From Verrucomicrobiia bacterium (GTDB lineage: Bacteria; Verrucomicrobiota; Verrucomicrobiia; Limisphaerales; UBA8199): a stretch of 64,000 nt of DNA. Location of the stretch: NCBI GenBank assembly GCA_035934555.1, contig DASYXT010000096.1:1-64000 (forward strand). Reading direction: 5' to 3'. Positions 38,339 to 48,681 of this stretch are shown here, piece after piece. The translations under genes and the position numbers were made by a program. Each line of letters opens with the position of its first letter. The stretch's first letter is position 1. The notes under the pieces were generated by a model. The model made no database searches. It worked only from the letters and a program-made list of their open reading frames with translations, and was not told the origin of the DNA.

Positions 38339-38821
38339 ATGACATGGGCGGAAATCTGCGACGATAAAACCTTGGCGTCCTTGCCTTACCGGATCGAAAC
38401 CGATCGCTGGGGCAACATTGTTATGAGCCCTCCGCCCAGAAGCCGCCATGCTGAGTATCAAACCGAAATCGCCGTGCTTCTGCGCGAAAAGCTCAGCGGC
38501 GGTCGCAGTATTACTGAATGCCCGGTCCAAACTGACGAAGGCGTGAAGGCTGTAGATGTGGCCTGGGTCTCACAGCAACGCCGCGCTTCTCGCGCGAATG
38601 ATCCGGTCTATTTGATCGCCCCGGAGATTTGCGTTGAGGTCCTTTCGCCTTCCGATGCCCAAGGGGCACTGGAGGAGCGCAAGCGCTTGTTCTTCGCCAA
38701 AGGCGCGCTGGAATTCTGGTTGTGCGACCTGAACGGCCAGATCAGCTTTTTCGATCCCGCCGGTCCTATCCCGCAATCCAGACTCTGCCCCGCGTTCCCC
38801 GCCCGGCTCGTGCTCGACTGA
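38339..38821 (+). CDS. Uma2-family (DUF820) putative endonuclease
   Basis: Characteristic block VYLIAPEICVEVLSPSD…ERKRLFFAKGALEFWL. Confidence 0.75.
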   Translation: MTWAEICDDKTLASLPYRIETDRWGNIVMSPPPRSRHAEYQTEIAVLLREKLSGGRSITECPVQTDEGVKAVDVAWVSQQRRASRANDPVYLIAPEICVEVLSPSDAQGALEERKRLFFAKGALEFWLCDLNGQISFFDPAGPIPQSRLCPAFPARLVLD

Positions 38822-38824
38822 GCC

Positions 38825-38856
38825 GGAGCGCGGACTTTAGCTTTAGTCCGCGCTCC
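38825..38856. repeat. REP-like palindromic element (head-to-head copy): GGAGCGCGGACTTTAG|CTTTAGTCCGCGCTCC
   Basis: 12-bp GC-rich stem GGAGCGCGGACT/AGTCCGCGCTCC immediately after the Uma2 stop codon. Same family as the elements at 42915, 43555-43640 and 60806. Confidence 0.6.
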
Positions 38857-38955
38857 AATAACATATCAACGCATCAAGATATGTTGATTTTTTTCTTGCA
38901 TCCTCCTGCCGCCGCGCCTACCTTCCAGTCCATCAGCAGTTAAGCAAAACATAAC

Positions 38956-41900
38956 GTGAGTGCCGGAAGCAACAGAATCGCCGAATTGGAACGGCTGCTG
39001 CGCGAGCGGATCGTCGTGCTGGACGGGGCTATGGGCACGATGATCCAGGCCCAGCACCTGACGGAGGCCGATTTCCGCGGCGAGCGTTTCAAGGATTGGC
39101 AGCAGGACTTGAAGGGCAATAACGACCTGCTGAACCTGACTCTGCCGGCGCTGATTCAAGCGATTCATAGGCAGTATTTCGAGGCCGGGGCGGACTTGAT
39201 TGAGACCAATACGTTCAACTCCACTTCCATCAGCCTGGCCGATTATCATCTGCAGGAGCTGGCTTACGAATTGAACGTGGCGGGGGCCCGCAACGGGCGG
39301 GCAGCCGCCGACGCGTTCATGAGAGAGCGACCTGGGCGCACGTGCTTCGTCGCCGGCGCGCTCGGGCCGACCAGTAAGACGGCGTCGTTGTCGCCCGACG
39401 TGCAGAACCCCGGTTTCCGCGCGATTACGTTTGATCAACTGGCGGCGGCTTACCGCGAGCAGGCGCGGGGACTGCTCGAAGGAGGAGTGGACCTGCTGCT
39501 GGTCGAGACGGTTTTTGATTCGCTCAACTCCAAAGCCGCCCTGTTCGCGATTGACCAGCTTTTCGATGAGACGGGGCGCAGAGTGCCGCTGATGTTGTCG
39601 TTTACGATTACCGATCTGAGCGGGCGCACACTTTCCGGACAGACGGTCGAAGCCTATTGGAACTCGGTTTCCAACCACCGGCTGTTGAGCATCGGGATCA
39701 ATTGCGCACTGGGACCGAAGGAAATGCGCCCTTTCATCGAGGAGTTGGCCGGCCTGGCAAATATCTATGTAAGCGCCTATCCGAATGCCGGTCTCCCCAA
39801 CCCGATGCTCCCAACCGGGTTTCCAGAGACTCCGGAAACTCTCGCCCCACAGTTGCGCGAATGGGCCCAGAATGGCTGGCTGAACATTGTCGGCGGTTGT
39901 TGCGGCACCACCCCGGGCCACATCCGCGCGATCGCGGAAGCCGTCCGCGGGTTGCCAGCGCGTGTGCCGCCGAAAATCGAGCCTTACACCCGGCTGAGCG
40001 GTTTGGAGGCGCTTACCATTCGCCCGGAAACCAACTTCGTCAACGTCGGCGAACGCACCAATGTGACCGGCTCGCCCAAATTTTCCAAGTTAGTGCTCGG
40101 TGGAGATTACGAAGCGGCCCTGGCGGTTGCGAAACAGCAGGTCGAAAACGGCGCGCAGATCATCGACGTCAATATGGACGAAGCGATGCTGGATTCGGAG
40201 AAGGCGATGACAACTTTTCTGAACCTGGTGGCGTCGGAACCGGATATTGCGCGAGTGCCGATTATGATCGACAGCTCGAAGTGGTCGGTGATCGAAGCCG
40301 GGTTAAAATGCGTTCAGGGCAAGGGCGTCGTCAATTCCATCAGCCTCAAAGAGGGCGAGGTAAAATTCAAAGAGCAGGCGCGGCTGGTGCGCCGCTACGG
40401 CGCTGCGGCGGTCGTGATGGCCTTTGACGAGCGCGGCCAGGCCGACTCGTTTGAACGGCGCATCGAGGTCTGCGAGCGGTCGTACCGGCTGCTGACCGGC
40501 GAGGTGGGCTTTCCGCCGCAGGACATCATCTTCGATCCGAACGTGCTGACGGTTGGCACCGGGATCGAGGAACACAATAATTATGCGGTGGATTTCCTGC
40601 GCGCGACGCATTGGATTAAAGCGCACTTGCCGCATGCGCGGGTCAGCGGCGGCATCAGCAATGTTTCGTTTTCGTTTCGCGGCAACAACGCGGTGCGCGA
40701 GGCGATGCACACCGCCTTTTTGTATCATGCGATCAAGGCGGGCCTGGACATGGGTATCGTCAACGCGGGCATGCTCGGCGTGTACGAAGAGATTCCCAAA
40801 GACCTGCTCGAGCGGGTCGAGGACGTGCTGCTCAACCGTCGGCCAGATGCCACCGAACGACTGGTGGCGTTTGCGGACAGCGTCAAAGCGAAAACGCAGA
40901 CCGACTCGGTGGAGGAGGAGTGGCGTCAGGGCTCGGTTGAAGAACGGCTCAGCCATGCGCTCGTCAAAGGCATCGTGGATTTCATCGACGTCGATACCGA
41001 GGAGGCGCGGCAAAAATATGCGCGCCCGCTTTTGGTCATCGAGGGGCCGCTGATGGCCGGCATGAACGTGGTGGGCGACCTGTTCGGCTCCGGCAAAATG
41101 TTTCTGCCGCAAGTGGTCAAGAGCGCGCGCGTGATGAAAAAGGCGGTAGCGTATTTATTGCCCTTCATGGAGGCGGAGAAAAAGGCGACTGGCAATTACC
41201 AGGCGCAAGGGCGGATTGTGATGGCCACCGTCAAGGGGGACGTGCATGACATCGGCAAGAACATCGTCGGAGTGGTATTGGGCTGCAACAATTACGAAGT
41301 GGTGGACCTCGGGGTGATGGTGCCCGCCGAAAAAATCCTGCAGACGGCGCGGGAGAAGCAGGCTGACCTCATCGGCCTGAGCGGTTTGATCACGCCGTCA
41401 CTGGACGAGATGGTGCACGTGGCCAAGGAGATGGAACGGCAGGGGTTCCAGGTGCCGTTACTGATTGGCGGGGCCACGACCAGCAAAGCGCATACAGCGG
41501 TGAAAATCGCACCAGGCTATTCCCAACCGGTGGTGCACGTGTTGGACGCCTCGCGCGCTGTCGGGGTGGTTGGGAAACTCATCAACCCCGCGTTGAAGTC
41601 GGGATTTGTCGAAGCTCTGGGCGCCGATTACCAAAGGCTGCGCACTACACACGGGGAGGTCAAGGCCCGCCCGTTGTTGTCTCTTGCAGAAGCGCGCCGG
41701 CGTCGCACACCGATCCGCTGGGAAGCTGCCGACATTGCCCGGCCGGATTTGACCGGCCTGCGGTCGCTCTCGACTGAAGACACCGAAAGGTCCAGCGGCC
41801 ATTCCGCTATCAGTTTGGCCGACCTGGTCCCGTTCATTGATTGGTCGCCGTTTTTCCATACGTGGGAAATGCGCGGAAGGTATCCGGTGATTTTGGAAAA

Positions 41901-42717
41901 TCCTGAAGCAAAAAAGCTGTTCACGGAGGCCCAGGCGCTGTTAGACAGGATTGTCAGGGAAAAACTGCTGACCGCCCGCGGCGTTTATGGGTTTTTCCCG
42001 GCCAATGCCGTGGGAGACGACGTCGAGCTCTACACGGATGACACACGGCGGGAAGTCCTGACGAGGCTGCACTTTCTACGTCAGCAGATGGAAAAGCCCG
42101 CCGATCAGTTCAACCACTGCCTGGCCGACTTTGTCGCACCAAAGGCGGAAGGCGCACCGCTGTTGCCGGATTACATCGGGGGTTTTGCCGTGAGCGCCGG
42201 GTTCGGCGTCGAGGAACTCTGCAAACATTTCGAACGGGACCATGACGATTACAACGCGATCATGACCAAGGCGCTGGCGGACCGCCTTGCCGAAGCTTTC
42301 GCCGAGTTCCTCCACAAACGCGCGCGCGAACACTGCGGCTATGGCCGTAGCGAAAACCTTACGCATGACCAACTCATCCACGAGCAGTACCGCGGCATTC
42401 GCCCCGCCGCCGGTTACCCCGCCTGCCCGGACCATACGGAAAAGTGGACGCTATGGAAGCTGCTGGATGCGGAGCGGCGCGCGGGCATCAAACTAACGGA
42501 TAGCGCTGCGATGTGGCCAGGCGCCAGCGTCAGCGGGCTGTACTTCTCACACCCTGGGGCAAAATATTTCGGGGTCGGCAAGATCGGGCGCGACCAGGTT
42601 CTGGATTATCAGCGTCGCAAGCAGATGAGCCTGGCGGAAATCGAGCGCTGGCTCGGTCCTTACCTCAACTACGAGCCCGAACCGAGTAACAGCGTAGGGG
42701 TGATGGCGGGGGCGTAG
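38956..42717 (+). CDS. metH: Cobalamin-dependent methionine synthase
   Basis: 1253 aa. Hcy-binding, pterin-binding, B12-binding ([10 protein letters not shown]) and AdoMet-activation domains are all recognisable. GTG start. Confidence 0.97.
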   Translation: MSAGSNRIAELERLLRERIVVLDGAMGTMIQAQHLTEADFRGERFKDWQQDLKGNNDLLNLTLPALIQAIHRQYFEAGADLIETNTFNSTSISLADYHLQELAYELNVAGARNGRAAADAFMRERPGRTCFVAGALGPTSKTASLSPDVQNPGFRAITFDQLAAAYREQARGLLEGGVDLLLVETVFDSLNSKAALFAIDQLFDETGRRVPLMLSFTITDLSGRTLSGQTVEAYWNSVSNHRLLSIGINCALGPKEMRPFIEELAGLANIYVSAYPNAGLPNPMLPTGFPETPETLAPQLREWAQNGWLNIVGGCCGTTPGHIRAIAEAVRGLPARVPPKIEPYTRLSGLEALTIRPETNFVNVGERTNVTGSPKFSKLVLGGDYEAALAVAKQQVENGAQIIDVNMDEAMLDSEKAMTTFLNLVASEPDIARVPIMIDSSKWSVIEAGLKCVQGKGVVNSISLKEGEVKFKEQARLVRRYGAAAVVMAFDERGQADSFERRIEVCERSYRLLTGEVGFPPQDIIFDPNVLTVGTGIEEHNNYAVDFLRATHWIKAHLPHARVSGGISNVSFSFRGNNAVREAMHTAFLYHAIKAGLDMGIVNAGMLGVYEEIPKDLLERVEDVLLNRRPDATERLVAFADSVKAKTQTDSVEEEWRQGSVEERLSHALVKGIVDFIDVDTEEARQKYARPLLVIEGPLMAGMNVVGDLFGSGKMFLPQVVKSARVMKKAVAYLLPFMEAEKKATGNYQAQGRIVMATVKGDVHDIGKNIVGVVLGCNNYEVVDLGVMVPAEKILQTAREKQADLIGLSGLITPSLDEMVHVAKEMERQGFQVPLLIGGATTSKAHTAVKIAPGYSQPVVHVLDASRAVGVVGKLINPALKSGFVEALGADYQRLRTTHGEVKARPLLSLAEARRRRTPIRWEAADIARPDLTGLRSLSTEDTERSSGHSAISLADLVPFIDWSPFFHTWEMRGRYPVILENPEAKKLFTEAQALLDRIVREKLLTARGVYGFFPANAVGDDVELYTDDTRREVLTRLHFLRQQMEKPADQFNHCLADFVAPKAEGAPLLPDYIGGFAVSAGFGVEELCKHFERDHDDYNAIMTKALADRLAEAFAEFLHKRAREHCGYGRSENLTHDQLIHEQYRGIRPAAGYPACPDHTEKWTLWKLLDAERRAGIKLTDSAAMWPGASVSGLYFSHPGAKYFGVGKIGRDQVLDYQRRKQMSLAEIERWLGPYLNYEPEPSNSVGVMAGA

Positions 42718-42914
42718 GAGCGCGGACATTGCTCTCGGCAACAACGGGTGAACCCGAGTCGGGTAAATCCGAGTCGCGGTCGCGCCTTGCTCGGCCCCTC
42801 GCGCCTTACTAACGGACCTTCGAATGCCGGTTGAAATTTCCCAATTATTGGGGAACAATTTGGGTGCTGCCACATCATATAGGAAATACCGGCCGAACTG
42901 GGCTTTCGGAAGTA

Positions 42915-42945
42915 GCTGCGGACTAAAGTCCGCGCTCCGTCCTAA
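42915..42945. repeat. REP-like element GCTGCGGACTAAAGTCCGCGCTCCGTCCTAA
   Basis: Stem GCGGACT/AGTCCGC with an AAA loop, in the metH to PEP-CTERM gene intergenic region. Confidence 0.55.
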
Positions 42946-42986
42946 TACAGGCGGCACGTTTGACCGAGACGAAAACCTAGCAACCT

Positions 42987-43568
42987 ATGAAAACTGTAAC
43001 TCTCCTGAAACCTCTCTCACGTCGGGGACTGCGGCTAAGCCTTGGGCTGGCTGGCGGGCTCCTGGCTTGTGCGAGCGCTTATTCTGTGCGCGCCCAGGGA
43101 CAAATCGCCCTGGGTACCATCAGCGGGTCGGGCACTGGACCGTACACCTACAGCCTTGCCTTCAGTGATTCTTCGAGCGCGAGCTCGCCAATTGGCAGCG
43201 TTTGGTACTCGTGGGTGCCTGGGGCCTTCTATTTGCCCGGCACACCGACCAGCGCCATCGCACCTACCGGCTGGACCGCGACGGTCGATGGTCATTCGGT
43301 CCAATTCATCGCGAGTGCCGCCGCGGATGACATTATGCCCGGCCAGTCTCTTTCCGGATTCGGTTATACGGCGGCATTCTCTCCGTCGCAGTTGGCTGCG
43401 GCGCCGAATTCGGGCACATCGGTGGCTTACTCGGGTGGGTTGTTTTCCGACGCCGGCAACACGTTCACGGTGACGATGGTGCCGGAGCCTTCGAGCGGGC
43501 TGCTGATGGGGGTAGCGGCGAGCCTTTGGGCGCTCAGACGGTGGCGTTCGAGAGTTGCTGCGGAGTAA
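42987..43568 (+). CDS. PEP-CTERM sorting-domain protein
   Basis: Signal peptide, then the C-terminal motif VPEPSSGLLMGVAASLWALRRWRSR (PEP + TM + Arg-rich). Its stop codon lies inside a degenerate REP copy. Confidence 0.8.
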   Translation: MKTVTLLKPLSRRGLRLSLGLAGGLLACASAYSVRAQGQIALGTISGSGTGPYTYSLAFSDSSSASSPIGSVWYSWVPGAFYLPGTPTSAIAPTGWTATVDGHSVQFIASAAADDIMPGQSLSGFGYTAAFSPSQLAAAPNSGTSVAYSGGLFSDAGNTFTVTMVPEPSSGLLMGVAASLWALRRWRSRVAAE

Positions 43569-43640
43569 AGTTCGCGCTCCGAACTGCCCCGGTGGTGTTA
43601 GGAAAGGTGCTGCGGACTAAAAGTCCGCGCTCCGTCCTTA
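43555..43640. repeat. Two tandem REP-like copies (degenerate GCTGCGGAGTAAAGTTCGCGCTCCGAACTGCC, then GTGCTGCGGACTAAAAGTCCGCGCTCCGTCCTTA)
   Basis: Same family as the elements at 38825, 42915 and 60806. They lie between the convergent PEP-CTERM and hybrid histidine-kinase genes. Confidence 0.55.
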
Positions 43641-45749
43641 GGGCTGGAACACTTGAGCTCCTTGCGGAAGGTTCCGCGGTGTGTGGTTCGCAGAGCTCTC
43701 GTGCAGGTCGTTCGTCGGAGCATCGAGGCACTCGCGGACTTTCTGAGCCAGTTTACCGATCGAGTACGGCTTGGGCAGAAAGTTCCGTCCTTGGAGCAGA
43801 GAAATGTCTTTGCCGGCCATGCCGGGAGTATAGCCGCTGGTAAAAATTACCTTAAGGTCAGGCCGTTCGCGGACCAGGCGCTCTGCCAACTCACCGCCCA
43901 GAATTCCGCCCGGCATTACCATATCGGTGAGCAACAGGTCGATCGGAGTTTCAGCCTTCTTCCAAAGTTCAAGCGCCTCCTGGCCGGAGGCGGCTTCCAA
44001 AACCGTGTAACCCTGACCCTGGAGCACCTGCACGACCATTTCCCGCAGCGGCTCTTCATCCTCCGCGACCAGGACTGTCTCCCGCCCGCGCTGCAATGAG
44101 GTTTCCTGGACGGCCGCCCGCCGCTCGATGGGCTCGTCGCTCTGTGGGAGAAAAACCTTAAAAGTAGTGCCCTGCTGGGGTTTGCTCTCAACCTCCACCC
44201 AACCGTGGTGCTGGCGGACGATCCCGAAAACCGTCGATAACCCCAGGCCGGTGCCTTTCCCGACCGGTTTGGTCGTAAAGAACGGTTCAAAAACCCGGCT
44301 GAGCACCTGGGTGTCCATGCCGATGCCAGTGTCGCTAAACTCGAGGCAGACGAATTGACCCTTTCGCGGCTCCGGGTCCATGGGCGTGGGCTGCCGGTCG
44401 AGGCTGTGCACGGCCGTCGAAATTGAGATTCGTCCACCGTTGGGCATGGCATCCCGAGCATTCACAGCCAGGTTCATCACTATTTGCTCCAGCATGCTGG
44501 GATCGGCATGAATGGCGCCGAGGGTTGAATCCGGATGGAACAGGATTTCGACGTGTTCACCAACCAGCCGCTTCAACATATCCAGGATGTCGCGCAGCAG
44601 CGCATTGAGGTCCAGATACCGGAACTGCATCACTTGCTTGCGACTGAACATCAGGAGTTGCCGGATGAGGGTTGCGGCACGCGACGCCGCGTTGGAAATT
44701 TCCCGGGCTGACTTGGCTTGCAGCTCGGCAGAGGAGGCGCGGTACTGCAGCAGGCCGGCGTGGCCCTGGATGACTGTTAAAATGTTATTGAAATCGTGGG
44801 CGACGCCCGCCGCCAATTGCCCGATGGCTTCCATCTTCTGGGCCTGCCGCAATTGCCGCTCGAGGGTTGCGCGCTCCGAAACGTCCTGCGCCAACAACAG
44901 CGCGTGCGGCTGGTCCCCTAAAATAATGGAAGTGACGCTGACGCGCATCTCGCGCAAAGCTCCCCGGCGCTGCCGCAGCTTGGCCGGGCAATCGCGAACC
45001 AACTCCTGCCGTTGCAGCGCGTCATACCATTCGTTCGCCAACCCCGGCTGGTCCCAAAGGAAAAGTTCGTCGGGCGTGCGGCCAATCATTTCCTGACATT
45101 GGTAGCCGGTGACCGCCGCCAGTCGCTGATTCACATCGATGAAACGCAGGCTGGGCAGGTGCTGGATACCGCTCGGCACCGGGCTCTCATGGAAGGCTTT
45201 GGCGAAGCGCTCCTCCGAGAGCGCCAATTCGGCCATCTGCAATCGGGTCTGAAAAGTGAGCACCCATTTTCGGGCGAGGGCATGAGCAAGCTGCCTGACC
45301 TCGATGTTATCAAAAGGTTTTTTGAGCACCAGCAGACTATCGGGCTGCCCCACCTTGGCTCGCATTTCTTCCCACGAATAGTCCGCGTAAGCGGTGCAGA
45401 CGACGACCTGAAGATCGGGGTCGGCTTCCCAAATGCGCGCGATCGTCTCGATACCGTCCCAACCCGGCGGCATGCGCACATCGACGAACGCCAAGGCGTA
45501 GGGCTGCTGGCGCGCGCGCGCCTGTTTGACTAATTCCAGGGCCTCCTGGCCCTGGTAGGCCGAACTCAACTCAAAACACGTTTGCGCCAGCGCGGGCCGT
45601 TCGCCATCGAATAGCGTTTTTTCCATCTCGTTGAGCACGGCATCCGCTGCGGTATCCGGACAAAGGATTTCACGGAAATCCTCGTGAATGCTCGGGTTAT
45701 CATCGACGATGAGAACGCGCAGATTAGGTTTTAAATCCTGGTCATTCAT
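43638..45749 (-). CDS. Hybrid sensor histidine kinase (REC-PAS-HisKA-HATPase-REC)
   Basis: N-terminal REC (LRVLIVDDNPSIHEDF), H-box AGVAHDFNNILTVI, HATPase (GTGLGLSTVFGIV), C-terminal REC (VLVAEDEEPLR…LLLTDMVMPG…KVIFTSGY). Confidence 0.85.
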   Translation of the reverse strand: MNDQDLKPNLRVLIVDDNPSIHEDFREILCPDTAADAVLNEMEKTLFDGERPALAQTCFELSSAYQGQEALELVKQARARQQPYALAFVDVRMPPGWDGIETIARIWEADPDLQVVVCTAYADYSWEEMRAKVGQPDSLLVLKKPFDNIEVRQLAHALARKWVLTFQTRLQMAELALSEERFAKAFHESPVPSGIQHLPSLRFIDVNQRLAAVTGYQCQEMIGRTPDELFLWDQPGLANEWYDALQRQELVRDCPAKLRQRRGALREMRVSVTSIILGDQPHALLLAQDVSERATLERQLRQAQKMEAIGQLAAGVAHDFNNILTVIQGHAGLLQYRASSAELQAKSAREISNAASRAATLIRQLLMFSRKQVMQFRYLDLNALLRDILDMLKRLVGEHVEILFHPDSTLGAIHADPSMLEQIVMNLAVNARDAMPNGGRISISTAVHSLDRQPTPMDPEPRKGQFVCLEFSDTGIGMDTQVLSRVFEPFFTTKPVGKGTGLGLSTVFGIVRQHHGWVEVESKPQQGTTFKVFLPQSDEPIERRAAVQETSLQRGRETVLVAEDEEPLREMVVQVLQGQGYTVLEAASGQEALELWKKAETPIDLLLTDMVMPGGILGGELAERLVRERPDLKVIFTSGYTPGMAGKDISLLQGRNFLPKPYSIGKLAQKVRECLDAPTNDLHESSANHTPRNLPQGAQVFQP

Positions 45750-47797
45750 ATGGTGTGCTGTAATGGCCGCAACGGCTCGGGCCGCGCGGCAGCGGCGGCG
45801 GGCAACTCCAAAATGAACTCGGCGCCACGACCGGGGCCCTCACTGCGGGCGGTGAGGCTGCCTCCCATTTCCCTAGCCGCGTTGGCGCCGCTGTGCAGAC
45901 CAAAACCGTGCCCCTCCCGCTTGGTGGTGAACCCGTGGTTAAAAATCCGCGTGAGATGTTCGGGGGCGATCCCAACCCCGTTATCCAGGATGCTAATGCT
46001 GATTCGGCCCGTGCCTGGTGTTTTGATTTGCACTAGCAGCCGTTTAGAGGCATCGCCGCGGGATTCCATTGCGTACTTCGCGTTGCGCAGGAGGTTAATA
46101 AGAATCTGGAGAATTTTGTGCCGATCGACACAAACCGCCGGCACGTTCTCCTCGTATTGGCGCACCAGCTCAATGCCGTGCCGATCAAAGGCCGCGGCAT
46201 TCATCCGCAACGCGTCTTCCACCAGATTGACCACCGCCAGATTCTCATACACGCCGGAGACCTTCGCGTAATTCTGCTGCATCGCGACGATTTCCTTGAT
46301 GTGCTCGATGTGTTCGCCCAACGAATCCATCTTCGCGAGGACCCCCGCATGTTCGTTTGCCACCTGTTCGGCCACCGAGCTGAGATATTCAGGCAGGATC
46401 TTCCCTTTCGGATCGGAGGTGAGAAATTCAGCCAGCCGGCCGTTGTGGTCCGAAAGCAGCCTGGCGGCACGCTTTAAGTTGGACACCTTCGCGCGCCGCA
46501 ACCGCTCCGCGACGGCGGTGGCCGAAACGCTAACACTGTTGAGCACGTTGCCGACGTTGTGCAACACGCCCGTGGCTACCTCCGCCATTCCCGCCAGCCG
46601 CGACGTGCTCATCAGTTGCCGGTTCAATTTGTCCAATTGTTCGGCGTCGAGCTTTTGCCGCGTGACATCCAGAAAGATGCCTCGCACGGCTGACGCGCGG
46701 CCGTTTTCCACTAAAATCGTGCCACTTTCCCGAATCCAAACCGTGCGGCCATCCGCGGCCGTCATACGATACTCATGGGTGTAGGGTTGCCCGGCGGCCG
46801 CCAGTTCCCGCACCTCGCGGGTGGCTTTGGTCGCATCGTGGGGATCGAGTTTCTGTTCCCAAAAATCCGCGGCCGCCAGCCACGCTTCTGGGGGATACCC
46901 CAGGATCTGTGCGCTCTGCCGGCTGACGAAGGTAAAACGAAAGGTGGCCGGCTCCCGTTCCCACACAATGCCGTCGATGGAATTGATCAAGGCCTCCATC
47001 TTCTGCTGGGAAAGGCTCAAGGCCGCATCCTGGGTTTGGATGCGATTGAGCATCTCGTTGAAGGATTCCGTCAGGTGACCCACTTCATCTGCCCGGTGAC
47101 TTACCGGGGCACGAAGCGAGTAATCTTTGTTTTCGCCGACGATGCGGGCTGTCTGCGCGAGCTGGAGGACCGGATCGGTAATGCTGCGGCCAAGCCGGCT
47201 GGAAAGATAGGCTGCCAGGATAATTGAGGCGAGCATGATGCCGACGATGACCTTGCCAAAGAAAAACAGCAGCCCAATAAAACTGTGCCGATAATCCGCG
47301 CGCAGGAAAAGGGTGCCTACCTGTTCGCCCTTTACTTTGGCGGCCTGGGTTACCAGCAGGTCTCCTCCAAAGAACCGGTACGTGCCCGCGGCGGGAAACT
47401 CTGACAGGCTCTGAGCCGTTTCGGGCTTGCCGTAATGAGCGAACACCGTGCCGTTAGGCAGAAGCAGGGTGGCGGCGGTGACGTTCGGCTGAGCTTTCAG
47501 TGCGCCTACCTGTTCAGCGGCGTCCCGATCATAATTGAATGCAATCGCAGCGGTGCTGTTGTTGGCGATGATCTCTGCCAACGTTGAAACCTCCCGCTGG
47601 AAATTGGCTCGGAAACTGAGAACCTGGAAAGCAATGAGTGCTGCAATGGCGACACACAACACCGCGCCGCAAATGAGCAACGTCATCCCGAGCATCTTCT
47701 GTCGTATGGGAAGATCCCGAATGTTTCTCATGAGCTTGCCATCCCATTCTCTGATATGGGTAACGGCCCGGGCGCAAACTGTTCCAAAAAAGGACAC
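45746..47797 (-). CDS. Membrane sensor histidine kinase (TM-HAMP-PAS-HisKA-HATPase)
   Basis: Two TM helices, HAMP (HLTESFNEMLNRIQ), PAS, and HATPase (LINLLRNAKYAM, GHGFGLHS). ATGA overlap with the downstream hybrid kinase. An alternative start at MRNIRDLP is at 47731. Confidence 0.85.
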   Translation of the reverse strand: MSFFGTVCARAVTHIREWDGKLMRNIRDLPIRQKMLGMTLLICGAVLCVAIAALIAFQVLSFRANFQREVSTLAEIIANNSTAAIAFNYDRDAAEQVGALKAQPNVTAATLLLPNGTVFAHYGKPETAQSLSEFPAAGTYRFFGGDLLVTQAAKVKGEQVGTLFLRADYRHSFIGLLFFFGKVIVGIMLASIILAAYLSSRLGRSITDPVLQLAQTARIVGENKDYSLRAPVSHRADEVGHLTESFNEMLNRIQTQDAALSLSQQKMEALINSIDGIVWEREPATFRFTFVSRQSAQILGYPPEAWLAAADFWEQKLDPHDATKATREVRELAAAGQPYTHEYRMTAADGRTVWIRESGTILVENGRASAVRGIFLDVTRQKLDAEQLDKLNRQLMSTSRLAGMAEVATGVLHNVGNVLNSVSVSATAVAERLRRAKVSNLKRAARLLSDHNGRLAEFLTSDPKGKILPEYLSSVAEQVANEHAGVLAKMDSLGEHIEHIKEIVAMQQNYAKVSGVYENLAVVNLVEDALRMNAAAFDRHGIELVRQYEENVPAVCVDRHKILQILINLLRNAKYAMESRGDASKRLLVQIKTPGTGRISISILDNGVGIAPEHLTRIFNHGFTTKREGHGFGLHSGANAAREMGGSLTARSEGPGRGAEFILELPAAAAARPEPLRPLQHTI

Positions 47798-47914
47798 ACC
47801 GCATCTATTGCGGGCTTTGCGCTTATGCCGGATGCCATAAAAGGCTTAGGGCGGTGCAGTTGACATGCCAATTAAACCGCACAGCGCACTAGTGCTGGGA
47901 ACTCCTCCCACCGA

Positions 47915-48466
47915 TCAGCTATCGGGCCGCAGCGCAAGGCCCAGCAGCTTGGAACTGACCTTCAGTCCACCGCTCGTCGCGGCAGACTTGTTTATCTGAA
48001 ATCGGATTTTCGTCCCCTCCACCAACACAAAATTGATCATTCCGCCAGCTTCAGTAAAACCGTCCATTTCGCCCACGGTCAGCACAGCAGCCCCTTTAAG
48101 GAGCTTGAGAATATCCGGCAACTGCCTCCTTTCAGAGGTGCTAATGAAGAGAATGTGGCATGCACCGACCTCCTTGAGCGAGCGCAACTCTTTGACTCTC
48201 AATGGGTGCCCGTCAATGGTTTTGCCTTCAACCACCTGTCGCAAAGTGTCGTGGAATGGATTTTCACCCAAAACCCCAATGACCAGGGGCGCCGAGGCAG
48301 TGGCAAAGGCCTGGGTGGGCCACTCGACAAACTTGGCAAAATTATACAGAAACGCAGCTTTGACCTGGTACTCCTCGGCCTGCACGCCTTGTCCAAGTGC
48401 ACCATGACCGGCAAAGGCCAGCAAAAACAGAATCAAAAAAACCTGTGATGGTGCCCAACAAAACAT
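47915..48466 (-). CDS. YfiR/DUF4154-family periplasmic protein
   Basis: Signal peptide, then the VKAAFLYNFAKFVEWP signature. Sits directly upstream of the kinase pair, as this family typically does. Confidence 0.7.
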   Translation of the reverse strand: MFCWAPSQVFLILFLLAFAGHGALGQGVQAEEYQVKAAFLYNFAKFVEWPTQAFATASAPLVIGVLGENPFHDTLRQVVEGKTIDGHPLRVKELRSLKEVGACHILFISTSERRQLPDILKLLKGAAVLTVGEMDGFTEAGGMINFVLVEGTKIRFQINKSAATSGGLKVSSKLLGLALRPDS

Positions 48467-48681
48467 AAACGTCCGGACCAGTGAGACGCCTCATTTGGTC
48501 GCAGGGAGCGCTGCGGTCATTTCCCCCTAACATGGCGCAAAACTCAAGCGAAAGTTTGGCATTCTGAACCAAATGGGTTTGAGAGGTTTGGCCAAAATCA
48601 GGGCACAAATTATTGTAATTGTCCCAAGCTAACTACCACAGCCAGAACTGGCTTGGAAGTTGCTCGACTACTCCCTACCGA

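Noticed and set aside
45012-45533. 173-aa plus-strand ORF inside the hybrid kinase gene (and similar ORFs at 46118-47227 inside the upstream kinase)
   Set aside because: Antisense shadow ORFs. No independent signals.
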